This document shows, piece by piece, positions 62,930-64,000 of a stretch of DNA of 64,000 nucleotides (position 1 is the stretch's first letter; the number at the start of each line of letters is the position of its first letter). The notes under the pieces are model-generated. The model saw only the letters and a program-made list of their open reading frames with translations, had not been told where the DNA came from and made no database searches. The stretch comes from Schizochytrium sp. TIO01 (Eukaryota > Protista > Bigyra: Labyrinthulomycetes), in contig SMSO01000032.1 of the NCBI GenBank assembly GCA_004764695.1, forward strand, positions 7,782,483 to 7,846,482, written 5' to 3'. The position numbers and the translations under genes were made by a program.

Positions 62930-64000
62930 ATGATGCGAAATGTGGCAACAGCTTCTTCTCGCATTGTGCGATCTGCTTCAAGCACCGCGCGCAATGTCGC
63001 AGGTCGCCGCCCAAGACCCTTCTCCACCTCCCGGGAAGCTCCTCGCGTGACCGCTCAGAATCTGCGTCCTAAATCCCAATTTTCGCTTCCGCAACACGAA
63101 CTTTTTGGTCGCAGCCTCAGCAAGGTGGACACTCGTGAGTTCTCTGCCTCGCCAGCCGCGGCCAGAGCCTCGAGTGACCCAGCCCCGGCCATGGATGACC
63201 TCAGCGATGGATACTACCTTCCCCTCAAGTACCGCAAACGCGAGACCCGAATGCGCTACGAACTAGGTCAAGAACTTGGTCGAGGCCATTATGCAATCGT
63301 TTACGAAGCGCTTGACCACAAGACTAACCAAAAGGTTGCCGTCAAAGTCATGGATAAACGCTCTGCACCTCGCGAGATTTGCCAGAATGAGTTGCGTATC
63401 CTTGAGGAAATCAGTGCCAGTGGCCGCCACCACCGCATTACCCCCATCAAAGATGTTTACGAAGACAACCGTCACCTCTACTTTGTGCTTGAGCTCATGC
63501 GTGGTGGTGATTTCTTTGAGCGAGTCTCCACTTCTGGTCGTATCCCGGAACGCGAGGCTGCTGCGGTGGTCCGTAAGCTTTGCTTCGCCCTAAACGCACT
63601 TCATGAGCATGGTATCCTTCACCGTGACGTTAAGCTTGAAAACCTTCTTCTTGAAGGCCAACTTCCTCACGAAGAGAAGGATGAGCATGAGGACGAGGCT
63701 TTCAAGCTTGCTGACTTAGGCTTTGCAAAGCGCTTTGAGGACTCGGACGCTTTTAAAAACCCTGCCGGAACTATTGGCTACGTCGCACCGGAAGTGCTCC
63801 GTGACCGCCATTACTCCCCAGCTTGCGACGTCTGGTCTGCAGGCATTGTGCTCTACATTCTTTTGGCAGGGTACCCTCCCTTTCCTCATAAACCTGGTGT
63901 TGATGTGTCGCGCATGAGTGTTGAAGAACAGCTTGAGGTAGAGCTTGAAGCCATCGAGTATGGACGTGAGCCTACACGCTGGCGAGCTCATCTCCAGAAA
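62930..64000 (+). CDS. Ser/Thr protein kinase, CAMK group (3' end outside window; absent from the ORF track)
   Basis: Manual translation: MMRNVATASSRIVRS...YELGQELGRGHYAIVY...VAVKVM...VYED..HLYFVLELMRGGDFFERV...HRDVKLENLL...KLADLGFAK...GTIGYVAPEVL...CDVWSAGIVLYILLAGYPPF; frame open to the window end. Confidence 0.92.
   Translation, partial: MMRNVATASSRIVRSASSTARNVAGRRPRPFSTSREAPRVTAQNLRPKSQFSLPQHELFGRSLSKVDTREFSASPAAARASSDPAPAMDDLSDGYYLPLKYRKRETRMRYELGQELGRGHYAIVYEALDHKTNQKVAVKVMDKRSAPREICQNELRILEEISASGRHHRITPIKDVYEDNRHLYFVLELMRGGDFFERVSTSGRIPEREAAAVVRKLCFALNALHEHGILHRDVKLENLLLEGQLPHEEKDEHEDEAFKLADLGFAKRFEDSDAFKNPAGTIGYVAPEVLRDRHYSPACDVWSAGIVLYILLAGYPPFPHKPGVDVSRMSVEEQLEVELEAIEYGREPTRWRAHLQK

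Overview
Eukaryotic, intron-poor genomic DNA with AT-rich, microsatellite-rich intergenic spacers. A flagellar gene (CFAP91), stramenopile-like proteins and this architecture suggest a thraustochytrid/labyrinthulomycete such as Aurantiochytrium (inference, not proven). Eleven protein genes are supported: a bacterial-type TrmA tRNA methyltransferase, a PCIF1/CAPAM-like methyltransferase, a SAPS/PP6 regulatory subunit, a tandem hnRNP-Q-acidic (NURR)-like protein, a cyclic-nucleotide-binding K+ channel, an ABM-domain protein, an IMPDH homologue, COG7 (one intron), CFAP91, a maltose O-acetyltransferase and a CAMK-type kinase running off the right end. A gene-free tract of about 18 kb (44.5-62.9 kb) starts with a decayed pogo/DDE_1-like transposase. 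Best leads: (1) the full-length, strongly codon-biased IMPDH homologue has lost its catalytic Cys, its NAD-site Asp and its flap Arg-Tyr while keeping the IMP ribose-phosphate site and CBS domains, so it is a candidate conserved pseudoenzyme or nucleotide sensor; (2) intergenic DNA shows a strong strand-symmetric excess of TAG/CTA over CAG/CTG, suggesting a CWG-methylation or RIP-like mutator; (3) an RRM-less double-NURR protein with a Trp-motif-studded disordered region; (4) a PP6 regulatory subunit with a DPF/NPF motif tail. All alignments and counts were done by eye. No rRNA, tRNA or CRISPR array was recognised.
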